Shown here: positions 17,169-26,341 of the stretch, piece by piece | How the letters are laid out: the number at the start of each line of letters is the position of its first letter | How positions within the stretch are numbered: position 1 is the stretch's first letter | NCBI GenBank assembly: GCA_021735165.1 | Contig: JAIPHP010000002.1 | Span: 5,491 to 69,490, forward strand | DNA from: Candidatus Woesearchaeota archaeon | Lineage (GTDB): Archaea; Nanobdellota; Nanobdellia; Woesearchaeales; 21-14-0-10-32-9 | Direction of reading: 5' to 3' | DNA length: 64,000 bases | The notes under the pieces: generated by a model | Told to the model about the DNA's origin: nothing | Databases searched by the model: none | Seen by the model: the letters and a program-made list of their open reading frames with translations, nothing else | Position numbers and translations under genes: made by a program

Positions 17169-17861
17169 TTAATCCTGTTGTTCTTTGTATTTGTTATATT
17201 GGTCTATTATTTTACTTATTTCTTCTAAGTCATAGTCCATCCAGAATTTGTTTGTTAATATTATATGTGCATTTTGGGAGTCCCATTGTAGTAATCCTGA
17301 GTACTTCCAATTGTTATCTATTATGATTTCTGGGGGCATAAAATTACTCGTTGGCATATTTTCTTTGAAGGAGTCCTTAGTTAAATCATCTATTTTTAGT
17401 TCTTGGTAAATCGTTTTTTTAACTAATAATTTTGCAGTTGTTAGTATTTCGTTTTGTCCATCATATCTTATGCAAAAATTTATGAAATAATTGTCATAAT
17501 CTTTTGTTGTTTCTAGCATTTTTTTTATTTGATCAACCATTGTAGCTTCTGCATCGTACCAGTTTCCTGTTGCGTATATCCTTACTTTTTTATGGTGTAT
17601 TATTTCATCTTTAGATAACTCTAAAAATAATTGATTTAGTGCTTGTATTTCTTCTTCTGTTTGTGTTGAAACCATTATTGTTAGTATAGGTATGTCTTTT
17701 TTTAGTTGAAATTTTATTAGTTCTTTTATTTTGTTCACGTTTTGTTTTGTTGCCTCTTTTATGTCTTTATTGTTTTTTAATGCCCAGCTTCTTATTCTAT
17801 GAGTTGTTATTGCGAGGTGTTTTGGCATATTTTTTCCTTTTAGAATGTTGGGGATTATCAT
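17169..17861 (-). CDS. cis-prenyltransferase (UPP synthase) homolog with degenerate catalytic motifs
   Basis: It can be aligned along its full length to the UPPS fold (PKHLAITTHRIRSWA against PRHVAIIMDGNGRWA; LTIMVSTQTE against LTLYAFSSENW; PPEIIIDNNWKYSGLLQWD against PVDLVIRTGGEHRISNFLLWQ). The catalytic Asp, the ENW motif and the RTSGE motif are all replaced. Confidence 0.55.
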   Translation of the reverse strand: MIIPNILKGKNMPKHLAITTHRIRSWALKNNKDIKEATKQNVNKIKELIKFQLKKDIPILTIMVSTQTEEEIQALNQLFLELSKDEIIHHKKVRIYATGNWYDAEATMVDQIKKMLETTKDYDNYFINFCIRYDGQNEILTTAKLLVKKTIYQELKIDDLTKDSFKENMPTSNFMPPEIIIDNNWKYSGLLQWDSQNAHIILTNKFWMDYDLEEISKIIDQYNKYKEQQD

Positions 17862-17899
17862 TTTTTTCTAGTAGATGAGTAAAGTATTTAAATATTTAG

Positions 17900-18778
17900 T
17901 TGGATATTGTTTTTATGGTTATTTTTGATGGTGTTTCGTTGATTGTTGTTTTTGCTTTAGTTATCGCAAGTATTGTAGATATTAGGATTAGAGAAGTTCC
18001 TGATGTTTTAAGTTATTGTTTATTTGCGTTTGGAATTATTCATTCTCTTTTTTTATCAGCTTATTTTTATGATTATATGTTTTTTGTTAGTGGTATCTTT
18101 GGTTTTTTGTTCGCATTAGTTTTTAGTTTATTGTTTTATTATACTGGTCAATGGGGCGGTGGAGATGCTAAATTATTGATGGCTTTAGGTTTTTTATTTG
18201 GTGTTGATTTATTTAGATTGAGATTTTTTGATAATTTTTTTATTTCTTTTTTTATTTCTATTTTTTTAGTTGGTGCGTTATGGGGTTTAATTTGGAGTTT
18301 TTTTCTTGTTTTTAAGAATTTCAAGGTTTTTTTGAGAGGCTATGCTAATTTTACTAAAAGTTCTAAGTTGTATTCTTTTAAGAATTGGTTTTTAGGAGCA
18401 TTCGTTTTTTTTATTTTAATAGTGTTTTTTTTAGGATTGGGTTTGTTTTTTAAGGTGATTTTATGGTCTTTACTTTTGTTTTGTATGTTGTATTTTTATC
18501 TGTATTTTTTTTCCAAGGTCGTGGAGAAGTATTGTATGGTTAAAAGAATTCCTGTGAATAGTCTTGTTGAAGGAGATTGGATTGTTGGTAAAGTTAAGTT
18601 AAAGAATGGTAAATTTTTTTCTTCTAGTAAAACGGGTTTGGAGAAGAAGGATATTTTTTTATTGAAAAAAAATGTTGATTTTGTCGATGTTAGAGAAGGC
18701 GTTCCTTTTGTTCCTAGTTTTTTGTTTGCTTATTTGATTTGTTTGTTTTTTGGAGCGTGGCTTAGTCTGTTTTTTTAG
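17900..18778 (+). CDS. Type IV prepilin/preflagellin peptidase (A24 family, FlaK/PibD-like)
   Basis: Polytopic membrane protein carrying the two catalytic Asp motifs: VDIRIREVPD and the GxGD-type GGGDAKLL. Confidence 0.7.
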   Translation: MDIVFMVIFDGVSLIVVFALVIASIVDIRIREVPDVLSYCLFAFGIIHSLFLSAYFYDYMFFVSGIFGFLFALVFSLLFYYTGQWGGGDAKLLMALGFLFGVDLFRLRFFDNFFISFFISIFLVGALWGLIWSFFLVFKNFKVFLRGYANFTKSSKLYSFKNWFLGAFVFFILIVFFLGLGLFFKVILWSLLLFCMLYFYLYFFSKVVEKYCMVKRIPVNSLVEGDWIVGKVKLKNGKFFSSSKTGLEKKDIFLLKKNVDFVDVREGVPFVPSFLFAYLICLFFGAWLSLFF

Positions 18779-19272
18779 GCTGTTCTTGAAAGTGATTTTG
18801 TTAGGTAGTTCTCTTTTTCATCGTCTTCTTTTATTTCTTCTTCTTTTTTTGGTTGTGTTTTATTTTTTTGTTCTTCTAAATATTTCTTTTTATTTTCTTC
18901 ATCTTCTCTATTTTTGAAGAGTTGTTCTGATTCTGCGAGTTCTTGTTGGGTTGCTTGTTTTGGAGTCCATTCGAAATTTATATCGTCATTTTCATATCTT
19001 GGCAGTATGTTTATTGAGAATTGCGGGTTTTGCTGTCCTGCAGCTGTACCGTTTTGTATCAATATATTTGTTCCGTGGCATTGCATTGTTTCAAATAATA
19101 TCGATGATATTTTGTTTGCTGTTTGCAACATTTTTTTTATTAGATCTTTCGGCACTTCCTCTAATATCGTGTACTTTTCTTTAGGAACTATTATTGTATG
19201 TCCTTTCGTAATAGCATTTTGTGGTTGTATTACAAATAATTCTTCATCCTCTAATATTATTTCCGAATACAT
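18775..19272 (-). CDS. HIT-fold protein with a fully degenerate histidine triad (pseudo-HIT) and an acidic tail
   Basis: HIT-like N-terminus, but the triad position reads QFSINILPR where HxHxHxxPR is expected. The C-terminal tail is K/E-rich. Confidence 0.55.
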   Translation of the reverse strand: MYSEIILEDEELFVIQPQNAITKGHTIIVPKEKYTILEEVPKDLIKKMLQTANKISSILFETMQCHGTNILIQNGTAAGQQNPQFSINILPRYENDDINFEWTPKQATQQELAESEQLFKNREDEENKKKYLEEQKNKTQPKKEEEIKEDDEKENYLTKSLSRTA

Positions 19273-19276
19273 TTTT

Positions 19277-20050
19277 TTATTTGAATAATTCTGATATTTT
19301 ATCTAAATCTACTTCTTTTTCTATGGTTTCATCTTCTTTTATCGTTTCATCTTCTTTTGAATTTTCTTGTGATTCTGTTTCTTTGTTTTTTGATGTTACT
19401 TGTTCTTCTTTTTTGTTTTCTTCTTGAGTGTCGAGTTCATTTTCTTTTGTTTCAATCATGTCTTCATCGTTTTCTTTGAGGTTCTCGTCTTCTTTTTTAT
19501 CATCTGCATCTTGTGTTTCTTTGTTTTTTGATGTTACTTGTTTATTCTTTGTTTTTTCTTCTTCTGTCTGTGGTTTTTTTCCATATATTGATTCGTACAT
19601 TTTTTCATAAGATTCGGCCCATTGTTGATCAGGTATTTTTTCGAATTTGGGATTTAAAGGTACTTGATCATCATCATTTCTTGGTATTATGTGTATTATG
19701 AAATGTGGCGCTTTTTGTCCTGCAATTGCTCCGTTTGCTATGAATATGCTGGTTCCTTTACAATTTAAGCTTTCTAATATTAATTTTGAGACTTTTTGTA
19801 TTGTTTCTCCTAAATTTGCAACTATTTCTGATTTCATTTGAGGCATTACTTGAACGTGTTCTTTTGGTAGTAGAAGTATGTGTCCTTGTGATGCAGGATT
19901 TATATCTAATATTCCGTAGAAATCTTTGTCTTCATATATTTTTTTTGAGGGTATTTCTCCAGCTATTATTTTACAGAATATACAATTTTTTTTTTGGTAT
20001 TCTGCTATTTCTTGAGGGGTCATCTTTGAAAAGTCGGGTTGTTCACTCAT
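19277..20050 (-). CDS. HIT-family protein with an acidic low-complexity tail
   Basis: N-terminal FCKIIAGEIP...GHILLLPKEH followed by HFIIHIIPR, a partial triad in which the middle His is replaced by Ile. The C-terminal tail is long and E/K-rich. Confidence 0.6.
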   Translation of the reverse strand: MSEQPDFSKMTPQEIAEYQKKNCIFCKIIAGEIPSKKIYEDKDFYGILDINPASQGHILLLPKEHVQVMPQMKSEIVANLGETIQKVSKLILESLNCKGTSIFIANGAIAGQKAPHFIIHIIPRNDDDQVPLNPKFEKIPDQQWAESYEKMYESIYGKKPQTEEEKTKNKQVTSKNKETQDADDKKEDENLKENDEDMIETKENELDTQEENKKEEQVTSKNKETESQENSKEDETIKEDETIEKEVDLDKISELFK

Positions 20051-20127
20051 GATGTTGGTTTGTCAGTAATTTTATATAAACTTATTGTTCAATACTTATT
20101 TAAACTGCGGTTTTTTTCTGTTTTTTA

Positions 20128-21855
20128 ATGACAAATAATGATTTTGGGGAATTGAAAAATGTTTATTTTGAGGATTTGAAGTCTTTTTTGATAGATAATT
20201 CTCCTAATAAGGATGAAATTGCTAAATTTAAAGTGAGTTTGTGTAGGAAATATGGTTTAAAGTTTATCCCTACTGATATTGAGATTTTACTTAATGTTGA
20301 CAAAGAAGATTTGTCGTTTTTTAGACGTTTTTTAACTACTAAACCTGTTAGAACTGGTAGTGGTGTTGCAGTTATTGCAATCATGAGTGCTCCTTTTAGA
20401 TGTCCTCATGGTAAGTGTACTTATTGCCCTGGGGGACCAGATAGTTATTTTGGAAACGTTCCTCAGTCTTATACTGGTAATGAGCCGGCAACTATGCGAG
20501 GTATTAGAAATAATTATGATGCTTATTTACAAGTTATGAATCGTTTGGAGCAATATATAGCTATTGGCCAGAGCCCTGATAAAGTTGAATTAATAATTAT
20601 GGGGGGTACATTCCCTAGTTTTTCTAAGGAATATCAAGATGAATTTGTAAGAGATGCATTTTTAGCCATGAATGATTTTTCTGAACTGTTTTTTTCCGGG
20701 AAAGGTCATAATTTGGATGATTTAGATATTGAAAAATTTAAAGATTTTTTTTTGTTGCCAGGCAATATTAATGATAAGCATAGACAACATGAAATTCATA
20801 GAAAATTACTTGCTTTAAAGGAGAAAAAAAGATGTTCTTTGATTGAAGCGCAGAAGAAAAATGAGACAACAATCATTAGGTGTGTTGGTTTGACTATTGA
20901 AACAAAACCTGATTGGGGGTTGTTAGAACATGGTAATCAAATGTTGAAACTTGGTTGTACTAGAGTGGAATTAGGGGTTCAGACATTAAACGAAAATGTC
21001 TTGAATGAAGTACATAGAGGTCATAATTTGCAAGACACTAAAGACAGCATTAAGATCCTTAGAGATTTAGGTTTTAAACTGAATTTCCATATGATGCCCG
21101 GTCTTCCAGGCATTAGTAAAGAAGAAGATATTAGAACATTTAAGGAATTGTTTGAAAACTCGGATTATGTACCTGATATGTTAAAGGTCTATCCTACAAT
21201 GGTTATGCCTGGCACTAAGCTTTATTTAGATTTTAAGCAAGGCAAATACACACCTTTAAACACTGAAGATGCTTCAGATATTATTGCGGAATCTTGCAGA
21301 TTTGTTCCTAAGTATTGTAGGATTATGAGGGTGCAAAGAGATATTCCTGTTAAGTATAGTTTTGATGGTATTAAAAAGAATAATTTGCGTCAAATAGTAG
21401 AAGAAAAAATTAAGAAAAAAGGAATTGTTTTAAAAGATATACGTTCAAGAGAAATAGGAAAAAATCCTATTTTAGAGCCTGTAGATTTTGAAATTATTGA
21501 ATATTCTGCTTCTAAAGGAATTGAGTATTTTATTAGTTTGGTTGATGCTAATGATAAATTATTAGGATTTGTCAGATTAAGAATACCTTCTTGTTCTTTA
21601 AGAGATGAATTTAATGATAAAACAGCAATTATTAGAGAGTTGCATGTTTATGGAACCGCAATTGCTATTGGAGATGAAGCTGGTAATTCGCAACATAAAG
21701 GATTTGGTAAAAAACTAATGTCTAAAGCCGAAGAAATTGCTATTTCAAATAATAAAAATGAAATTTTGGTAATATCAGGTATTGGTGTAAGGGAATATTA
21801 TAGAAAGCTTGGATATGAATTAAAAGGCCCTTATATGTTCAAACAACTAGATTAG
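20128..21855 (+). CDS. elp3: Elp3-like tRNA uridine(34) acetyltransferase (radical SAM plus GNAT)
   Basis: Radical-SAM Cys cluster RCPHGKCTYCPGG and a C-terminal GNAT domain; 575 aa. Confidence 0.9.
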   Translation: MTNNDFGELKNVYFEDLKSFLIDNSPNKDEIAKFKVSLCRKYGLKFIPTDIEILLNVDKEDLSFFRRFLTTKPVRTGSGVAVIAIMSAPFRCPHGKCTYCPGGPDSYFGNVPQSYTGNEPATMRGIRNNYDAYLQVMNRLEQYIAIGQSPDKVELIIMGGTFPSFSKEYQDEFVRDAFLAMNDFSELFFSGKGHNLDDLDIEKFKDFFLLPGNINDKHRQHEIHRKLLALKEKKRCSLIEAQKKNETTIIRCVGLTIETKPDWGLLEHGNQMLKLGCTRVELGVQTLNENVLNEVHRGHNLQDTKDSIKILRDLGFKLNFHMMPGLPGISKEEDIRTFKELFENSDYVPDMLKVYPTMVMPGTKLYLDFKQGKYTPLNTEDASDIIAESCRFVPKYCRIMRVQRDIPVKYSFDGIKKNNLRQIVEEKIKKKGIVLKDIRSREIGKNPILEPVDFEIIEYSASKGIEYFISLVDANDKLLGFVRLRIPSCSLRDEFNDKTAIIRELHVYGTAIAIGDEAGNSQHKGFGKKLMSKAEEIAISNNKNEILVISGIGVREYYRKLGYELKGPYMFKQLD

Positions 21856-21944
21856 AAGCGAAAGGTTTAAATAATAATAAATTTAAGTCCTGTGTAGAGG
21901 TAATTAATGAATGCCTTCGGGTTCATTGTTAAGCTTAAATTGAT

Positions 21945-22355
21945 TTGGAGGGAATGTGTATGAAGAAGTTTTTCAGTCTTAAATCGTTCAAAAAGACAAG
22001 ATATGATGAAGAAGATCAGGGCGAAACAGAAGATGAGTATGTTGAATTGAATACAGATATGGATCATGGAGCATCTTCGCGTGTTATGGTAAGGCCTTTT
22101 GTTCTTGATGATTTCACTGATGTTAAGAATGTTATCGAAGTCTTAAGAGAAGGATACACTATTTGTTTGTTAAACATAGGTCCTTTGCGGGAGAAAGATA
22201 TGGTTGAGCTAAAGAGAGCTATAAATAAATTAAAAAAGACAATCGAAGCTATTGGCGGAGACATTGCTGGTTTTGGCGAGGATTATATTGTTGTTGTGCC
22301 AAGTTTTGCAGGAATCTATAGATCTTCTGGCGAAGCTAAGGACTTTGATGACTAA
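21945..22355 (+). CDS. sepF: SepF-like cell division protein (FtsZ anchor)
   Basis: C-terminal DUF552 pattern VMVRPFVLDDFTDVKNVIEVLREGYTICLLNI...IEAIGGDIAGFGEDYIVVVP matches the SepF core. Confidence 0.7.
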   Translation: MEGMCMKKFFSLKSFKKTRYDEEDQGETEDEYVELNTDMDHGASSRVMVRPFVLDDFTDVKNVIEVLREGYTICLLNIGPLREKDMVELKRAINKLKKTIEAIGGDIAGFGEDYIVVVPSFAGIYRSSGEAKDFDD

Positions 22356-22456
22356 GTTATTTTTTTCTTAATTTTTCTTAAAAATTTTTATTTCTTTTTC
22401 CTTGTTGTTTTCTTTAACAACAATATTTTTAAATAAATGAATAAGTTCGTCTGTGT

Positions 22457-22999
22457 ATGAGTGTAGAAGATTTTAATTCGGAAGTTTTAGAGGGAGAACA
22501 TTGTCCTTTTTGTAATAAGAAAACACTGACTTTAAGACAAGCTGAAAGAGAAGTTCCGTTTTTTGGGAATTTAATAATTTTTTCAATGGACTGCGAAAAT
22601 GAAGACTGCGGATATCATAAAGCAGATGTTGAAGCTTCCGAATCTAAGGGTCCGGTCAAAGCAAGTTTTGAAGTTACGTGCGAAGAAGATCTTAAAGTTA
22701 GAGTTGTAAAATCTAGTAGCGCTACTATAAAAATTGCTCACGTTGGAAGTATTGAACCTGGCGAGGCAAGTAACGGATATGTGACAAATATAGAAGGCAT
22801 TCTTAATCGTATGAAAGTTCAAGTTGAAAAGATTAGGGATAATACTGATGATGATTCTGAAAAGAAAAAAGCAAAAAATATAATAAAAAAACTTACCAAA
22901 GTCATGATGGGTTCTGAAAAAATAAAAATAACTCTTGATGATCCTACAGGTAACTCTGCAATAATAAGTGAGAAAACCGAATTTAAAAATGGGAAATGA
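22457..22999 (+). CDS. ZPR1-type zinc-finger protein
   Basis: CPFCN...PFFGNLIIFSMDCENEDCGY followed by VVKSSSATIKI, the ZPR1 zinc-ribbon plus A-domain pattern. Confidence 0.7.
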   Translation: MSVEDFNSEVLEGEHCPFCNKKTLTLRQAEREVPFFGNLIIFSMDCENEDCGYHKADVEASESKGPVKASFEVTCEEDLKVRVVKSSSATIKIAHVGSIEPGEASNGYVTNIEGILNRMKVQVEKIRDNTDDDSEKKKAKNIIKKLTKVMMGSEKIKITLDDPTGNSAIISEKTEFKNGK

Positions 23000-23550
23000 A
23001 GATTTTAGTTGTTCTTGGTGGTTCTTTAAAGAGTGATGGTTCTTTAGCTTTTAAAGTGAAAGCTAGAGCGGATCTAGCATTTAAAAAATTTTCAAAAGAA
23101 AATTATGATTTTATTATTGCTTCAGGAAATCATAGCATATCTTTGAATTTCACACCTAAATTAACTGAAGCTAATGCTATTAAAAAATATTTGGTTTTAA
23201 ACGGACTAACTGAAGATAAAATTATTTTAGAAGAGCAATCTAAAGATACTATAGGTAACGCGTATTATACAAAGTTATTGATTATGAATTTGAAGCCTAT
23301 TCAGGAAATTTGTGTCATTACATCAAAATCTCATATTAAAAGATCTGAATATATTTTTAAGAAAGTTTTTGGTCCTTCACATAATCTAAGATTTGTTGGG
23401 TCTGAAGAGAACATTAGTGATGTTGAAAATAATTATAAGAAAGAAACATCAATTCTGAAGGTAACAAAAAACTGGTTAGATCCTATAAGGGATGGAGACC
23501 ATAAAGCCATATATTTGTTAATTAAAAAATTATATTCTGATAAATCATAA
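22996..23550 (+). CDS. DUF218 (YdcF/SanA-like) domain protein
   Basis: ILVVLGGS...IIASGN...IILEEQSKDTIGNAYYTK...ICVITSKSHIKR pattern. Confidence 0.5.
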   Translation: MKILVVLGGSLKSDGSLAFKVKARADLAFKKFSKENYDFIIASGNHSISLNFTPKLTEANAIKKYLVLNGLTEDKIILEEQSKDTIGNAYYTKLLIMNLKPIQEICVITSKSHIKRSEYIFKKVFGPSHNLRFVGSEENISDVENNYKKETSILKVTKNWLDPIRDGDHKAIYLLIKKLYSDKS

Positions 23551-23640
23551 ATATTTTATTAATAATTGCCCTATCAATCATTCCAATCTATTTATAAAAA
23601 AACAAAAATATTTTAATAATAGATTATAAAATATGGACTT

Positions 23641-24291
23641 ATGCTTATTCGCAAATATAATTCTAAAGACAGAAAAGCTGTTGAAAATATCCAGTTTGAA
23701 ACTTTTTTTCTTGGTAAATCTTTAAAAGGTTTTATTGATAATAAAAAATATGTTGCTGAAGAAATAAAATATTATTTGGAAGAAGAACCTGAGAATTGTT
23801 TTGTTGCTGAAGAAAATAGAAAAGTTGTTGGTTATTTGCTTGGATGTCTAAATGTTAGGCACGATGATAGAAAAGAATTATTATCAAAATTATTCAAAAC
23901 AATAGCAAGATCTTTGTGGATGTCTAAGAAAGACAGAAAATTCTGGTGCAATTGGAATATTAAAGTAATAATTAGTGCAATATTTGGCAAATCTGATGAA
24001 ATAAATATTAAATATCCTAAAAATTTAGGAAGTCTTCATATCAATATTCTTCCTGAAGCAAGAGGTAAAGGAACAGGTTCAAAGCTTTTGAAAGAGTTTT
24101 TTAAACACGCGAAGAAAAATGGTTGTAAAAGAATAAGTGCGGGTACGTGGAAAACAAAACTTAATGACAACAAGACTTTCTGGCTAAAAAATGGTTTTAA
24201 GAAATATTCTGAAATAGAAAATACTTTTTTTTGGAAATATCTCCTTCCAAATGAAAAGATTGGTTTAACTGTTTATGTAAAAGAACTTTAA
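23641..24291 (+). CDS. GNAT-family N-acetyltransferase
   Basis: Acetyl-CoA-binding motif LHINILPEARGKGTGSKLL. Confidence 0.7.
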   Translation: MLIRKYNSKDRKAVENIQFETFFLGKSLKGFIDNKKYVAEEIKYYLEEEPENCFVAEENRKVVGYLLGCLNVRHDDRKELLSKLFKTIARSLWMSKKDRKFWCNWNIKVIISAIFGKSDEINIKYPKNLGSLHINILPEARGKGTGSKLLKEFFKHAKKNGCKRISAGTWKTKLNDNKTFWLKNGFKKYSEIENTFFWKYLLPNEKIGLTVYVKEL

Positions 24292-25361
24292 TTCACTTCA
24301 AATTTATCTATAACTATTTTTCCTTTTTTTATTCTTATTTCTACTTGATCTTCACTTCCAAGTCTTGCAGCCTTACTTACTACTTCTGGCAACAATATTC
24401 TTGTTCCTCTATAATCTAACCCTGTTATTATGCTTCCTTCGTTATCTATTTCAGTCATTACGTTTTGTTTATTTTTTCCATCTTTTGTTTCTAAAAATTC
24501 AACTGTTTTTTTATACAAATATTTTGCTATTAAATCTGCTATGTCTACTTTTGTTGCTTTTGTTATACCTTGTAATCCAGGACTGATATTTGTTTCTATT
24601 ACTAATGGACCACGTATGCTTTCTAGTATGTCCACCCCACATATTTCTGCACCCGTTGCTTTTGCTGCCCTTACAGCTATTTCTTTTGTTTGCTCATCAA
24701 GAGCTATTTGTTCAACCATCCCGCCTTGGTGCGTGTTTGATCTTTTTTCATTTGTGTTCCCTTTTCTTGTCATTGATGCTACTACTTTTTCTCCTATTAC
24801 AAATGCGCGTATATCTGTTGACTCAGTTTCTATATATTCTTGGACTATAAGTGACTGATTTAAACTACTTACAGCGTCAAGTATTGTTACTGCTGATGCG
24901 TATGAGTCTGCAAACATAACTCCTTTTCCTTGAGTTCCTTGGGGAAATTTCATTATTATAGGATAATTCATAGTTCCAAGTAGCTCTTTAGCAGCTTCTA
25001 TAGTTGATGAAATATAGGTTCTTGGCATGGGTATGCTGTGTTGTTGTAGCATTAATTGTGTGAGTAATTTATCATGAGCAATTGTGAAAGCTTTTGGATC
25101 TATAGGCATATAACATTTTCCTTCTAATATAGTTGTTAGGCTTCTTAGTATTTGTGCGTATCTAAAGCTTCCTTTTGGCATTATACAATCATATTCATCA
25201 AGAGGATTTCCTTTGTATAATATTTCTGCTTTTTTTCCAGATATATTTATTTCTATATCTTTTAATTGTATTTCTTCTACTTCGTCAAAGTACTTTTTCA
25301 TCGCTTCGTACGTCCATTTACTGCTTACGCTTCCTAAACTTATTATTGCTGCTTTAACCAT
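24288..25361 (-). CDS. RimK-like ATP-grasp peptide ligase (alpha-L-glutamate ligase family) with a C-terminal extension
   Basis: ATP-grasp fold of RimK/LysX type (IIMKFPQGTQGKGV, IVQEYIE...DIRAFVIG, CGVDIL) plus a ~70-aa C-terminal extension. Its start overlaps the upstream protease gene by 19 nt. Confidence 0.8.
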   Translation of the reverse strand: MVKAAIISLGSVSSKWTYEAMKKYFDEVEEIQLKDIEINISGKKAEILYKGNPLDEYDCIMPKGSFRYAQILRSLTTILEGKCYMPIDPKAFTIAHDKLLTQLMLQQHSIPMPRTYISSTIEAAKELLGTMNYPIIMKFPQGTQGKGVMFADSYASAVTILDAVSSLNQSLIVQEYIETESTDIRAFVIGEKVVASMTRKGNTNEKRSNTHQGGMVEQIALDEQTKEIAVRAAKATGAEICGVDILESIRGPLVIETNISPGLQGITKATKVDIADLIAKYLYKKTVEFLETKDGKNKQNVMTEIDNEGSIITGLDYRGTRILLPEVVSKAARLGSEDQVEIRIKKGKIVIDKFEVN

Positions 25362-25885
25362 TCTATCACTTTCTTTTGGTATTTATGATCCGGATCTTTC
25401 GTCGGATCTTTTGTTACATCTATTAAAAAATCATGTTTTAGTATGTTTCTTCCTATCAGAACAGGATATTTCATGTGTGTTCTGTCTGCCACAGTAAATT
25501 CTTCTCTTAGTGTTTTGTTTTTTATTATTAATTCCACTTCGATTACAGGTCTTACTGTTGTTCCATTCGCATTTTTTACTTTTCTTGCTTTTATTACAGG
25601 ACCTAATTGTAGTTCTTTTACAAATTCTGTGTGTATTGCAGATCTAGTTGCCCCAGTGTCTATTCTTGCAGGAAGGATTAGTTGTTTTCTTTTGTCTTTA
25701 CCTTTTATTGTTATAAATTCTGCCATCCCCAATATTGTTTTACTCTCTTCCTCCATGTTTTTCAAGAATAAATGCTTCTTTTTAAAGCTTATTATGATTT
25801 GTTTATAAATGTTGCTTGCAGGCTTTACATAATTCTCTTTTTTTGTACTAGGGAAAATCACACAATAAAAGAAATTATCTTTCAA
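25343..25885 (-). CDS. Retropepsin-like aspartic peptidase (pfam05618/RimB-like, annotated in databases as putative ATP-dependent zinc protease)
   Basis: Aspartic-protease signature ARIDTGATRSAI (D-T-G-A) in a ~180-aa protein encoded immediately upstream of, and overlapping, the RimK-like gene. Confidence 0.6.
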   Translation of the reverse strand: MKDNFFYCVIFPSTKKENYVKPASNIYKQIIISFKKKHLFLKNMEEESKTILGMAEFITIKGKDKRKQLILPARIDTGATRSAIHTEFVKELQLGPVIKARKVKNANGTTVRPVIEVELIIKNKTLREEFTVADRTHMKYPVLIGRNILKHDFLIDVTKDPTKDPDHKYQKKVIEWLKQQ

Positions 25886-25948
25886 AGTTCCAAGTTTTAA
25901 ATCTGAATATTTTCTTTTAGGGAAAACTTAGTTGTTATTTGAGTTCTT

Positions 25949-26293
25949 TTACAGCAACTTAAGGTGTCCTGTAACTTTATCTATTTTTTCTTCGATATCA
26001 GGACCTATTCCCAAAACTGTTGTTGTTCCAGGTGTTAAAAATGTTCTTCCTGCATCATTTATTAGTCCGCAAGCCAGTCCTTCGTTTTTTGCTAAAACTA
26101 ATAGTTCTCTTAATTCTTTTTCAGAATCTACTTTTAGCACTGTTTTTTTCATGCCTTGTTTTGACCATGTTTCTACTAATTTTTTATCTGAATGCATCAA
26201 TGCCTGAACGCTGCCATGAGCAACTTGCGCAGCTAATTTTCCTTTTGGCATTTTAAGATCATTTCTTGCTATTATTACTTGTTTTAGTTCCAT
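25949..26293 (-). CDS. pth2: Peptidyl-tRNA hydrolase, archaeal/eukaryal Pth2 type
   Basis: 114-aa PTH2 pattern KQVIIARNDLKM..GKLAAQVAHGS...LINDAGRT. Confidence 0.85.
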   Translation of the reverse strand: MELKQVIIARNDLKMPKGKLAAQVAHGSVQALMHSDKKLVETWSKQGMKKTVLKVDSEKELRELLVLAKNEGLACGLINDAGRTFLTPGTTTVLGIGPDIEEKIDKVTGHLKLL

Positions 26294-26341
26294 AATCTTA
26301 GAAATGTGGGTGCTATTTTTATATTCTTTTATTTTTAATGC

